Assembly (NCBI RefSeq): GCF_009914755.1
Contig: NC_060926.1
DNA: 64,000 bases
From: the human T2T-CHM13v2.0 reference genome, Homo sapiens
Reading direction: 5' to 3' (one strand)
Part shown: positions 52,106-64,000 of the stretch, in pieces
Layout: each line of letters begins with the position of its first letter
Numbering within the stretch: position 1 is the first letter of the stretch
Program-made: the position numbers and the translations under genes
Notes under the pieces: generated by a model
Databases searched by the model: none
Told to the model about the DNA's origin: nothing
The model's input: the letters and a program-made list of their open reading frames with translations, nothing else

Positions 52106-53594
52106 TTAAAAGACATTTAATAAAAGGGCTCTCTCTCTTTCTGCTCTGGAAATGAATACAATCCTTGCAATGATCAAAATCTATACAAACCAGACTTTCT
52201 GACTAATCCCTTTCCTTCTCATCAAGTAGTTTTTCTAAGTGTTCACCTGCTTGTGACTTGGACAAAGCACCATAGAAAGAGAATTAAACTTTTTTCTCCC
52301 CACCCCCAACATTCAATATTATGCCAGAAGTTAAAGAAACAGAGAGTATGGGGATGAACATTTACTTGCAAGGGACACCAAGAGACAATAATGGAAGAGG
52401 CTAATAAATACATTTATGCCTCAAGAGAGCCATATGTATGGTTTCCATTGCTGTCTAGCTGACAAATTGCCCAAAATGACTCCTTTTCCTCACTCTGCAC
52501 CAGTCCAATAAACCGAAATAAGCTCCGGGATCTATTCTGAAATTGTGAAAAGGGCAAATACACATATAACATGGAGAAACTCAAGGTTCCCATAACTTTG
52601 TGACTAAGGCAAGTCCCTGTAGTGCAGTATATTTCAAATCTTGCCTCATTTGTGAATATGTGTCTTTCTAAATAGGTGTAGCTCACTCTTTGGAGGTGAA
52701 AGCTTCTCTTTTCCTATTTTCTTTCTTCCCTGAGGTTTTCCTCTGCAATAGATGTTTCCCCAGGGCCTTTGCAAGGACTGAATGAATCAGTTGACATGAA
52801 GGAAGAGCAGGTTGACAAATACAAAAAGTACTGAACTGGCCTTTTCAGTTTAGGTATAGTCCCCAGGAAACCAGCATAAATAGCACCTCTTATTAATAGC
52901 CTTCCTGAGCTACACGTGTGGATTACCTCCATACGTTATGTCAGTCACACACTTGGCACTGGCAGTCAGCTCCGCTGGCACTGCAGCCTTCTTTGCAGAA
53001 TAAAGGCCCACAATAAGAGCTGGAAGACAAGAAATTGGTTCTAATTTCAGCCTGAAATCGGAAAAGATTTCTGAATCTTCTCAGCAGATGAAAGCTTACC
53101 AATCAACCAGCCCGGGAATGTACTTCTGAAAAGGAATTGTTTTCATCATAAAACAGAAAAATAAAGAGGAAATAAGCAAATTGTTCTATCTACACATTCC
53201 CATAGGATACTAGAGTATGGTCTTTTAAAAAATATATATGCAATATAGTCTATTTTCACTAGAAAAAAGAAGATGAATTTGTTCTTATATCTTAGTATAA
53301 ATATAAAATACATTATAATACTAAAAAGTGAGTCCTAAATTACAATTTCAGAATGCATCTTGGAGCTTATTTCTGTTTTTTTGGACTGGTACAGTGAGAC
53401 TAAGGAGTTATTTTGGGCAGTTTGTCAGCTAAGTCAGCAACAAATCATATAGAAAGGCTGTACGTGAAGCCAATAAAATAGAACTCCTTATATGTATACT
53501 ACATGCTGCTTCTAGTGACTCTAAACTCTTGATTCTTACCAGGCCATATTCTAATGAAAGACGCATTTTCCAAGGTTTATTAACCACTTAATTA

Positions 53595-53815
53595 GGAGGC
53601 ACGGGATGTGGAGTTAGATAGATTAAGGTTTAAATCTCATCTCTACATATTCTAGCTCTGAACCTGGTTGAGTTTTTTAACTCCTTCTCAGCTACAAAGC
53701 AGGAATACTGTTATCACTTTCTAGGGGTTTTGTGAAAATTCATATATAAGTAATGTATCTGTCACATCATTCTAGAAAATCACTAGCCTGGCCCATAAGA
53801 GATGTTCAGTTAAGG
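53595..53815 (+). mobile_element. MIR
   Basis: ggagttagatagattaaggtttaaatctcatctctac..ctagctctgaacctgg. Confidence 0.65.
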
Positions 53816-54135
53816 TTGATTCTCTTCCAGAGTAGCATTTGGGAAATTTCTTTTCCTCTACACCAAGACACTGGCAATAAGTTATCCCTTCCAACTTTCT
53901 GTTTATTTAGCATGCAGTGGAGTCCAGCTATGGGATAGGAATGGTTCATCACCACTTCTACTTTTTATTACTTGATGAAGAGAGAAGTAAGGCAAAGGGA
54001 CACCCACTTCTGAATGTCACAGTTGCCACCAAAACAGCTCCCCTTCCCCTTTCTTGTCTTGCCATGCCTTCGCTACCTCTCTCTTCCCCTTTCTTCATTC
54101 ATCCACTTAATAGATAGATGAATGTGTGTCAAGCC

Positions 54136-54292
54136 ACTACTTTTCAAACATTTGAGTGCACGAGGAGCATCAGGGCCCCATTTCCAGATATTCTGATTCT
54201 GTGGATGTTAGGTGGCACCCAAGAATCTTCCACTCAGTGAGTCTAGTGAGTACAAATGTAGGTGGTCTGCAGACCACACTTGAAGGAGCACT
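54136..54292. mobile_element. MER5A-type MITE
   Basis: ttctgattctgtggatgttaggtggcacccaagaatct..ggtctgcagaccacacttga. Confidence 0.7.
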
Positions 54293-54299
54293 TCTAGAA

Positions 54300-54560
54300 A
54301 GACTGAGGGATAAAGACAGTCTTCCTCCTAAAAAAGCCCATGCACTAGTGGCTGCAGATGTAAACAAGCTGGAATGGAGCTGGGGGGAGGAAAAATCAAC
54401 TCTACCTGGCTCATTAGGAAAGGTTCCATTGCAGAGGTGACCTTTGAGCAGGATCTTGAAGGAAGACTAGAAATTTGCCAGATGGAGAAGGAAGAAAGAA
54501 GATTCCATGCAGAAGAAGCAACACAAAGAACCAGAGGCAAGAAAGAACATATGTGCTCAG
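54300..54560 (-). mobile_element. L2 fragment
   Basis: gaggtgacctttgagcaggatcttgaaggaagactagaaatttgccagatggagaagg. Confidence 0.7.
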
Positions 54561-54583
54561 GGAGAAGTACCCTTCTTCCATCA

Positions 54584-54919
<336 letters not shown>

Positions 54920-55522
54920 TCAATAAATGAATTTTAAGCACATCCCTCTCAAATCAGAAAGTTCATTTATAAATTATACATGTGTACTACTGTTAATCTG
55001 TATACTAAAGATGAGGAAAGCCTACTTAGAATAACAAGTGAGTACATAAAATTTAATATTGTATTCGTGCTCCATTTTGGAAGCCTGGACTAGGGTACGG
55101 CCTTACCATGGGCAATAACAACACCTGTGATTGTGGGGAAGAGCCTTCTAGGCCAAAAACAAGAAGAGCCCCTCCCCTCCCCTTTTCACATGAGAGCCTG
55201 CCTGGAGGCCAGGAGCAGAGGAGGCTAGGCCTGGCTGCCTTGGGTTGAATGTGGGCCAGCATTTCTGGCACTTCTTGTACTATATCAGTTTCTTCCAGTT
55301 TCTGTTCCTGTTATTTATGTTCAGCAACCATGATGGCATCTACATAAATGCCCTTCCCCTTGCCCCCACCGTTTTCTTTTTTCTTTTTTTTTTTTGGAAG
55401 GAAATACAACAGTGATCAGAGTGATTGGCTCTATTTTGTGCTTGAGACAAAGGGGCATTTTGCTTTATTTTGTTTTATTTTGAAATTTGTTTCATTTTAT
55501 CCTGCTTTCTAATATTTTCCAG

Positions 55523-55647
55523 TTTTTTAGTAGAGATGGGGTTTCACCATGTTGGCCAGGCTGGTCTTGAACTCCTGACCTGAGGTGATCTGCCTGCCTC
55601 GCCCTCCCAAAGTGCTGGGATTATAGGCATGAGCCACCACGCCCGGC
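55523..55647 (-). mobile_element. AluS left arm only
   Basis: ttttagtagagatggggtttcaccatgttggccagg...gagccaccacgcccggc. Confidence 0.92.
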
Positions 55648-58600
55648 AGATGTAACTTTAAAAGGGGAAGCGGGGGAGTCAGCATTTTTATAGTCAAAGA
55701 CACTGAAATACAGTCAAGTTACTTTCCCTGAATAGTGACCTCCATGAAAAGAAACTGAACTAATAAGTAATTAGCAAAGATAAAAATTTCTATTGTTCAT
55801 CAAAGTCATATGTACAATTTCTAAACAGAGGAATATAGATTTTTCAGTTGAACATTTAATGTTGTGGGATTTCCATACTATGGGATTATGCTATTCTGTC
55901 ATTTAAAAAATTCCAATAAGAAAAAGAAATCCCTGTATATTTTTTAATTAATTATGTCCTTTTTGAAGAACTCCAAAATATTACTAATGTTGAGAGTTAG
56001 TCCTTATACTAAATCTGTGTGTCTCATCCCAGAAATGCACCTCAGACAGTATGATGAACAATTTATTAACCATGATTTCAAATCATTGTATGATTCCAAC
56101 ATAAAATATGCAGACTAAACAATATTAACACATTGTATTGCCTCTCATAAAAGTAGTAGAAATAAAATGTCAGCCTGATTGGCAATTGAGTGTAGTCATT
56201 GATGTTCATTGACAGTCAGATGGATTTTGACTTTGCTTTGTATGTTGAGTGTGGTTCATGCTTGAGGCACCCCCACTGTATTTCCCGGATGAGCGTGATT
56301 AGTAGGCAGCCTTTCAAAGGGTTATGTGCTAACCCCAGTCTACATGCTGTGGACATGTATGCAGGGTTTTATATGTTTACCAAATAACACTGTTAAACCC
56401 AATAAATCTTTAGAAGGACCAATTTGTCACCAGTGCTGCATTTAAAAAAAAAAAATCTATTATTATTTTCCAGTTTTGAAAAGAATTCAGGTTGTTATAA
56501 AACCTAAATGCAAATATATACAGAGTGGAAGGTGACAGACCCGGGAATTCCAGCAGTGTAACAATAAACAACAACAAATAGCCAAGGACTGGGTAATGTG
56601 CTCAGGGTTAAATAAGAGTCAGTGGAAGTGGAGAGGTGCATGGGACAGACAGACATTTCTGGGGTAGACTTCCAAGGATGTAACCATGTGGGAAGTGAAG
56701 GAAGAGGAGCCATGGACACTGGGTGAGAGATGACACCAGTAACCAGCATAGAGGGTGCAGGAGAGAGGACAGGATGGGAAGCAGAACAGCAAGGAAGAGC
56801 CGGGAATTGGCAGTGTGCAAGAACGTGAGTGCCCTTTACAGTTAGGGCTGCCAGGCCTCCTGACCCTGGGAATAAAGAACCGTACGGTCTTTCTGCATTT
56901 GTGGCTGTCAAGCCAGGGAAGCATCTTTGTTGACAGCTGCAACAAAGAAATTGAGAAATTGCAATTGAGAAATTGGTGAGCTGAAACCCCTGACTAGCTT
57001 TGCCCTGGGCCCAATAATTGCTGGTAATACTTGGGGAGTTGGACCAGAAATGGTACTCATGGGAACAGTACATTAGGCCTTAAATGTATAAAGGAAGTTT
57101 TCCTGCCTTGCAACTAGTGGGCAAAATTTAAGGGAAGGGACACAGATGCTCAGTGCTAGCTAGTACGGGGCAACTGTAGCTTGCCAGCTCAAGGCCCACG
57201 TGGTGGTCAGTGGGCACTACTAGGCTATCAGCCCAGCTGACATCCCTCTCAGGGGATGTTAGAACCGTTGGTCACAGTTCTTATTCCTTTGCATTAAGAA
57301 GCGGCAGAGCCCACAGTGGAGGGAGATGTTTTTATACCACTCTTTTCTTTTTAGTGAAAGAAATGGAAATTCTTTATGCAGGGAAGCCTGGCTGTAGGGC
57401 TTATCAGTCTTTGGCATGCTTTATGCTATTTGGTAGAGGCCAGGAAGGCTGAAATATTCATTAGCATTCATAGCATCCTTTCTCTCCAGCAGTTCCCACC
57501 TTCTCTTTCTACTGCATGCGCCTCCTGCTGGGCCTGCCTCCCTCCCCATGCTCCCATTCTGCAATTGTTGGCTTGGCGAATGATGAGTTAAGCTCCAGCT
57601 GAAGTACTTTCCCCACAAGAAGGTTCTGCAGCAAAATTGTCTGGGATCAGATGGTCCCCGGCAATTCCTCTCACTCTAGTCTCCCTGAGGCAAATGCATG
57701 GAAGATGGAATGTGGCCTGGTTTTAAATCTTTAACATCTAACTCTGGCTGTTGTTACAGATTGAGTTCTTCACCTCCCCTTTGAAATTCTGCTTTCATTC
57801 CTCAGTATCTACCAGCAGGTTCTGCTCTCCAGCTTATCAACTACATTAATGGTCCTGTGGCTGCCTCTCTATGGTGGCATCTTTGTATTTGAAGAACACT
57901 AGGCCTGACATGACTCACCCAAGCTTCCAAATGAATCAATTTTGTCACTCAATGCCTCCATCTCCAAATTTAAAGAGCCTTTCACAGGGGAGAAAATGAT
58001 AAATCTATTACTACTAACGAGGCTTTCTGATTCTTTTCATTATTGTTATTATCAGTGCTCTATAGAAAGGAATCAAGACAGTGGAAACATTTTTATAAAA
58101 TGACACTTTATCTCTGTGATTAACTATATAATAAACTGTAAAGTCTTTGCCATGGTAATCTCCTCCTTACACCTTATTGCTTTGATAATAAAAGCTTTTT
58201 TATGGCAACAAAATAAAATTTTACTATCCAGGCAGTTTGGCTAAAATGAGAAGATGTGTTTTTAGAAGGAGAAAGGGCACATCTGAAACATGTGAGGTCC
58301 GCGTGGATTTTACGGGAGCTCTGTTTATGTAGAACACGTTTGATGTGCCTGGTGCCCTCCAGAGGGCTTTACCCAACCATTTAGAAAACTTTTAGTGGCC
58401 AGTGGAAAGCCAATTAAAGAGTTATGTATTTCTGTCAAGTACTCAGGATCACTGTTGAAAAGCAAAAACATTCAGAACTTAGCATTTCAGATGATCAGTG
58501 GTGGGAGAACAAATTTCAGTAATTAAACCACCATAGTTTGCAAACTACCTGTTTTGACTCAGCCAAACCTTGTGTGTTTGGTGAGTATCATGACACCTTT

Positions 58601-58744
58601 ACTCATAAGCTTATGTCTCAAATGATTAAATTCTGTCAGTGACCAAAAGTTTTGCATAAATGTGATGTATATGCAAGCACCACAATGTACTAGTAAGTTT
58701 CATTATTGTTATGCCACAGAAAAATGAATATGTTGTCTTCCCTT

Positions 58745-58990
58745 ATATTCATCACTATCAAGAAATTTTTATTGAGCAACCCATAATAAGTCTAAGATCA
58801 TGAAATTGAACAGAAGTTTTTAAAAACTTAGTCAGAGCTCTCTAAGGAAGTGACGATTAAGCAAAGACCTGAAGGAGGACTCAGAGCTGATTAGATGAAG
58901 AGAAGCAAGGTTAAGCAGAAGAGTTGTCTTCAAGGTAGAGGGAAGGGCTTGTTTCAAGCCCCTGTGGCAAGGAGAAAGCCAGGCTTGCTC
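58745..58990 (-). mobile_element. L2 fragment
   Basis: ttttattgagcaacc; ctctaaggaagtgacgattaagcaaagacctgaagga. Confidence 0.65.
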
Positions 58991-60765
58991 CTCCTGGGAT
59001 GTCAGGAAGCTTAGATGAGATCATTCCAGGAAGGCACTGGCACTCTACCTAATGTGCCTGGCCCACCATCTGCACTCAGAAAGTGATCAGCTCACATTTC
59101 GAGGCAACTGAGGGCTGATATGTGTCTGCAGAGGTGTACCTCGAAAGCAAGTGTGTGACCTTGCAGCTTCCACAGTAGGAATGTGGTTGATGATACTGTC
59201 TCTGATTCTTCTGTGACTCATCAACTCCCTAATGTCATTCCTCTCCAAGGGACTCGCTCCTCCCTCCATATCTGGTAACTCCATACCAGGGCTTTGCCAA
59301 GTGCCCTCTGTCCTATCCAGCCTGCAGAGTTGTCAAGCCACACTTGACCACCCATACGTGTCTGTCTCTGTCCTGGTACCTCTAAGAAGATTCCACAGAA
59401 CATGGAAATGGCACCGATGAAATTACTCCCAAAACTGGATGTGACACACCCAGACACCCCAGGCTTTGTGGGCATTTAGAAGGATTTAGGCATGGTCTTT
59501 CCTCTCTGACCTTCTTTTAGTCTGGCACTCGCTTGATGTAAGGCTGGCTCCTCACTGTCTGACAGCCTGCCAAAGGACAGGCTGGCTTTACTACTTCCTC
59601 CACATCCACTTCCCACCATTATTCTTCCCTTGACAAGCCTACTGCCTGGAAAGCAAAACTCAAGGAACTCTCAGGTCTACACATTGAGATTCTCAAGGGC
59701 AGGCCGGGTTTATCTGCCCTGGGCTGGCCCCTGATCTTGGTTTGCATCAGTTCATCAGCTCCAAGCTGGGTCCTGAGTCAGCAGAGATCACTGACTTGCC
59801 TTTGTGCACATGAGTTTTGAAAGCAGCCACCCATAGATAGCAGAGCTTGAATTACTACGATGCTTGCAGACAATCTTCTATGGAAATACCCAGAGAAACG
59901 GAAGCCTGGTTTGATGCCAACTTCACAGGCTCTTTCACATCCTCAAGGGTGTGCATTAAGCAGATTAACAATTTATTGTGTAAACCCTCTTCCCTCCTGT
60001 TGCTAGCCCAGAAGGTCTGAACTAACCATTATATATAAATGCCCAGCTTTGTTTAATATGTGTTAGACCCGGGGACAAGTATTGTACCCCAAATGTCCAT
60101 CTTGTAAATTCTCTGGGCACAAAATTATGTTAACAAATTTGATCAACAAAAGTGTTACGATGGTCTTGTAGCTGATAAAGAAATTAGCAAAGGCCCTTGC
60201 ACACACCACCATTCCACCAACCCCACACACAAGTGGGAGGATTCCCAAGCCTCCAGGACCTCTGCTTTGCCTGCAGTCTGCTCCTCTCCCCTCCACTGGG
60301 CATCTGAGGACATGCCAGTCTTGTGTCACATGCAGCAGTATTTCCCTTAGTGTGTGCTGGGCATGCTCTCTAAACCCAGGGACTCTATTTATAAAGCCTT
60401 CTAGTTGATTCAGGGAAGGGAATCCTAATTGCTTCTTCTTGCCATCGTCATTTTCTTTCCTCTCTATCTGCTTTTCACTATTTCCCCAATGAGTCCTGGC
60501 AGGTCCTCTCACATCCTTCTCAGCTCTCCCACAAAGAATGTCGTCGTGCTGAGTTTTCTGTCTTCTCTCTTCCCTTTCTGTAAGGGATAAAAATTCAAAA
60601 CATGTCCTCAAGCAGAGTAGCTTAACCATATATTTGTAGTTTGGGCTTCTGGCTCCACATCTGTAGATTCTCCCCATATCTCCCCAACAGCTTGTCTCGA
60701 ACAGTCTTTGTTTCCCTAAAGTAAGGTAGCAGTGCCCCTCTCTAAGAAGGTTGTAAATAATGAAA

Positions 60766-60774
<9 letters not shown>

Positions 60775-60804
<30 letters not shown>
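60775..60804. repeat. (CA)15 microsatellite
   Basis: Direct reading. Confidence 0.95.
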
Positions 60805-60806
<2 letters not shown>

Positions 60807-61519
60807 TGCCTCTGTCATGGCTATGTTTGTGAACTTGGCAGAGAAGCTCATAATCACAGGAGCACAAAGCCTATTGACTCAACCCGGCATTTCATACAAT
60901 TACTGAATATATGCTGGTTGATTACATAGACAGTCTCTGGAAATGCAAGAACTTGTCACATTGGAGACCTCCAAGGAGGGGAACTGAGTAAGTTGGGGCA
61001 GAGATGGGATAAAGAGTTCCTTCTCACTGTACACCTTTCTGTATCATGCATTTCCTATATTTAAAACACACTGACATACCTATGTAATGTCAATAGGTAA
61101 GGGACAGGCGTCCTGATATGTTGGTTACACCAAAGTGATCATATCCAGTGACCGTAAGCCATGTGTGTCATGGGGCTGGCTGATGTTGTCTGCAGTTGAG
61201 GGACTAGGCTTAGAGCCCAGTTCTGGAGAACATGCCATGCACTGTGCAATTAGTCCTTTCCACTAGGATTTCCTGGTTGGGAAGAGCTGAGTTCCTCAGC
61301 ACACAGTCCTTTACTCTTCAAGTATTTAGGTTGCACAGTCTACTTGAGGAGCCCCCAAACTGCTATGGATATATTCCAGAAGTCACTTCTTACTTTGACA
61401 AATACTGCAAAATTTTTCAGAGGAAGTAAATTTTCAACACACTTTAAATTGCAAAAGTACATCTGATGGAGAAGAAAAAGTCCATGTGATGGAACAATCT
61501 GAGAGTAATAAAGATGATA

Positions 61520-62440
61520 ACAGTGTTTTGAAGCACATTAAATATGAGTTTATAATTAATGTGTATAATTAAAATATACAAACAAGCAAAAAAATCTTCT
61601 TGATTACCTTTGAAGGATGCTAAGGAACCAACTATCATTTTGAAAACAAAAGGGGAGAATCAAGCATTCATCCTACCTCACCTATGCAAACTATACTTCA
61701 TGATAACCAAATCATTGATAAAGTTTCTCTTTATGGAAGAATTCCAGGAAATAAGAAAGAGTTATAGAATGTGAATATCTCAATTTTGCAAACCCTATAA
61801 AATCTAGGCAATGATCATCAATGGCTGCTAAGATCATAAAAAAGAGAGATGTCTTTTGTATTTCCTATAAATTTGCCATTTTAGATGTAGAAATTTGATT
61901 AAATTCAGTCTCATTTTTTTTCAGGTGGAGTAGTTCATATCGTATACTTCCATCAGCACACACATAATGACACAATACACTTATCAAGTGTTCCTCCTAA
62001 GAAAATAAAACCTGAATCTAATCAGATTTCTACATCTAATAACAAATTTATAGGAAATACAAAAGAACAGGCTAAATAACACCATGGAGATGTAATCAGC
62101 AAAATTCAGGCTTTGCACAACTCTTCAGGACAAACAACCTAATTTCTTCAACAAATAAATTGCAAAGGGGATGAGAAAACAGATGAGAGGGAACCTCTGG
62201 ATTAAAACAGATTTAAGAGTCAATCAACCAATTGGAATGAACAGGGCTTGTTTAGATCCTGGTTTTAACACACTGTTAAAAAAAAAAAGATTTATGGGAC
62301 AGTTGGGGAAATTTGAATACTAAGTAGATATCTGATACCATTAAATTATTGTGAATGTTTTATAGGTGCTATAGTAAATTATTGTGGTCCCCAGAAGTCC
62401 TTATGTTTTAAAGATATATATTTAAATATTATGACTAAAC
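61520..62440 (+). mobile_element. L1ME-type 3' fragments
   Basis: aacctgaatctaatcag..ctaataacaaatttataggaaatacaa; ttatgggacagttggggaaatttgaatact. Confidence 0.75.
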
Positions 62441-62831
62441 TAAAAATATAAAGATAATCTGACATCTGTGCTCACCCACCCTGGGGATTTTCCCCAGGCT
62501 CTTCACCCTGCACAGCTCCCTGCCTTTTTGCTGAAACCTCTCTTCACTCCTTCCTACATAAAAATCTGTAAAAGGACATACAAGGAATTTGTCATGATGC
62601 ATTACTTCTGGGAGGGGAACTAGAGAACTGGGGGTTGGGATGGGATAGGAGAGAAGCAAACTTTGGGACAGATCATTGTTAGCTTTATGCAGGTAATACC
62701 TTTTTGAAGGACTAACCAAAAAATAAATGAAATACGAGAAAAAGTTCATTAGAACCTTGAAATGCTTACTCGGGAGAATGAAAAAGGCAGAGACTTATGT
62801 TGTTGAGCATGTGGATGGATTGGCCCAGACC

Positions 62832-62960
62832 ATATTTCTCAAAGTATGGTCCCAGGACCATCTGCAGCAGAATTGGGCCCATCTCCTTCCTTCCCAGCCA
62901 GAATCTCTCAGGGTAGAGCACAGAGACACTGGGAACTACAGTCCTTAAGGACCTAAGTGC
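62832..62960. mobile_element. MER5A fragment
   Basis: tttctcaaagtatggtcccaggaccatctgcagcagaat. Confidence 0.65.
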
Positions 62961-63311
62961 CAGCTTTTCAAATACTTATTATATTGTTTTGGAACTTTGG
63001 AATGTATAGGACAAAAATATTCCCAAATTTAAATTCAAAGCAGCACAATTCTGAAAGTCTAAAAGACTTTTTTTTAGGTTTGTTGACAATGATTTAATCA
63101 GCAGATGTCACTATGTAATCCTTGGGAACATCCCTTCGATGTTGCCTCATTTTTTGGAGAGGCAGAGTGTACTGCTGGCATTGTAGCATAGAAATATTTA
63201 TGGTAATTTTGTATTTTGTTTAATGAAAATAATTTTACTTTCAGTGCTTATTAAAAGTTTATCTTTGATTAAGCATTCTTTGCTTTTGTTTTTGTTTTTG
63301 TTTTTCCCCAG

Positions 63312-63370
63312 CATCATTGACAAAGAAGTTTCATTAATGGCAGAAATGGATAAAGTTAAAGAAGAAGCCA
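63312..63370 (+). CDS. SPATS2L: SPATS2L coding exon F (59 nt; (C)IIDKEVSLMAEMDKVKEEA)
   Basis: Long T/G tract and ttccccag acceptor; donor CCA|gtaagt; phase 2 to 1 continues exon E. Confidence 0.95.
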
Positions 63371-63454
63371 GTAAGTAGACAACACATGGTTATTTGATTA
63401 GGAGCTTCCCAATCAGAAGCAATCCATAGGTCAGACTGACAATGATACCGGCTT

Positions 63455-63640
63455 CTGAACAGGGTCCTAAAATTTATATTGAAATTTTGGCTCATGAACT
63501 CTGTAACCTTAGTCATGTCACTTAGCCCCTGGAAGCCTCATTTACATCATCTGGCAAAAAGATACAGTTGTAACACTCACCTCGTACAGGTGAGTACATG
63601 GCAGGATGGACACTCAGTACATAATAGGTGTCAGTTGAGT
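63455..63640 (+). mobile_element. MIR
   Basis: ctgtaaccttagtcatgtcacttagcccctggaagcctcatttacatcatctggcaaa. Confidence 0.7.
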
Positions 63641-64000
63641 TTTCTAAAGTCCAAAGGGATGTTTGTGCACATAAAGAACTTATAGTTAATTGGATTTAAA
63701 ATGACACTGAATTTAGTATTAGATTTTAAGACAATTTTAACTCTTTAAAACTTACAAATCTCATCATCATTTTTACTAGTTCTTTTTTAGGTTCAATTAA
63801 GTTTATCATATTAAATTTTCCTAGAAAAGTAGTCCCATTTGAAACTTAATTACTTAAATTCCCCTCAACATTTTTAATTACATATATAAATTTAATATAT
63901 CTGATTTGTCTTAAGCACTTCAGATGTCAGACAAGGCAAACTCACAAACCTAACAAGCAAAGTGTTCCTAAGCTTTTAAGCAACTCTTATAAAATTAATA

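Noticed and set aside
56504-57073. 189-aa minus-strand ORF and overlapping ORFs
   Set aside because: No domain, low-complexity S/P/C composition, possibly an old LTR-like remnant I cannot name; no splice or promoter support

Overview
Human (primate) genomic DNA lying inside the SPATS2L gene (SGNP, stress granule/nucleolar protein, DUF1387 family) on the + strand. Six internal coding exons can be assembled from GT-AG boundaries into one continuous reading frame: 15873-15981, 19942-19991, 22805-23051, 42676-42882, 44203-44338 and 63312-63370 (IYAVRSVVPN...MDKVKEEA). The start and stop codons lie outside the window. The rest is intron filled with about 17 Alu copies or fragments, old L1, L2, CR1 and MIR fragments, MaLR/LTR solo elements and hAT/Tigger DNA-transposon relics. 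Repeat subfamily names are from recalled consensus sequences, not a RepeatMasker run, and many repeat boundaries are approximate. I found no evidence of a new gene system. The most interesting observations are: (1) a 4-nt 'slidable' intron whose two alternative junctions encode identical protein; (2) a CpG-enriched intronic element with a near-perfect ISRE, bracketed by a 108-bp local duplication; (3) a tiny polyadenylated hairpin retrocopy with target-site duplications; (4) several local duplications; (5) inverted-Alu architecture around exons that predicts circRNA formation and RNA editing.
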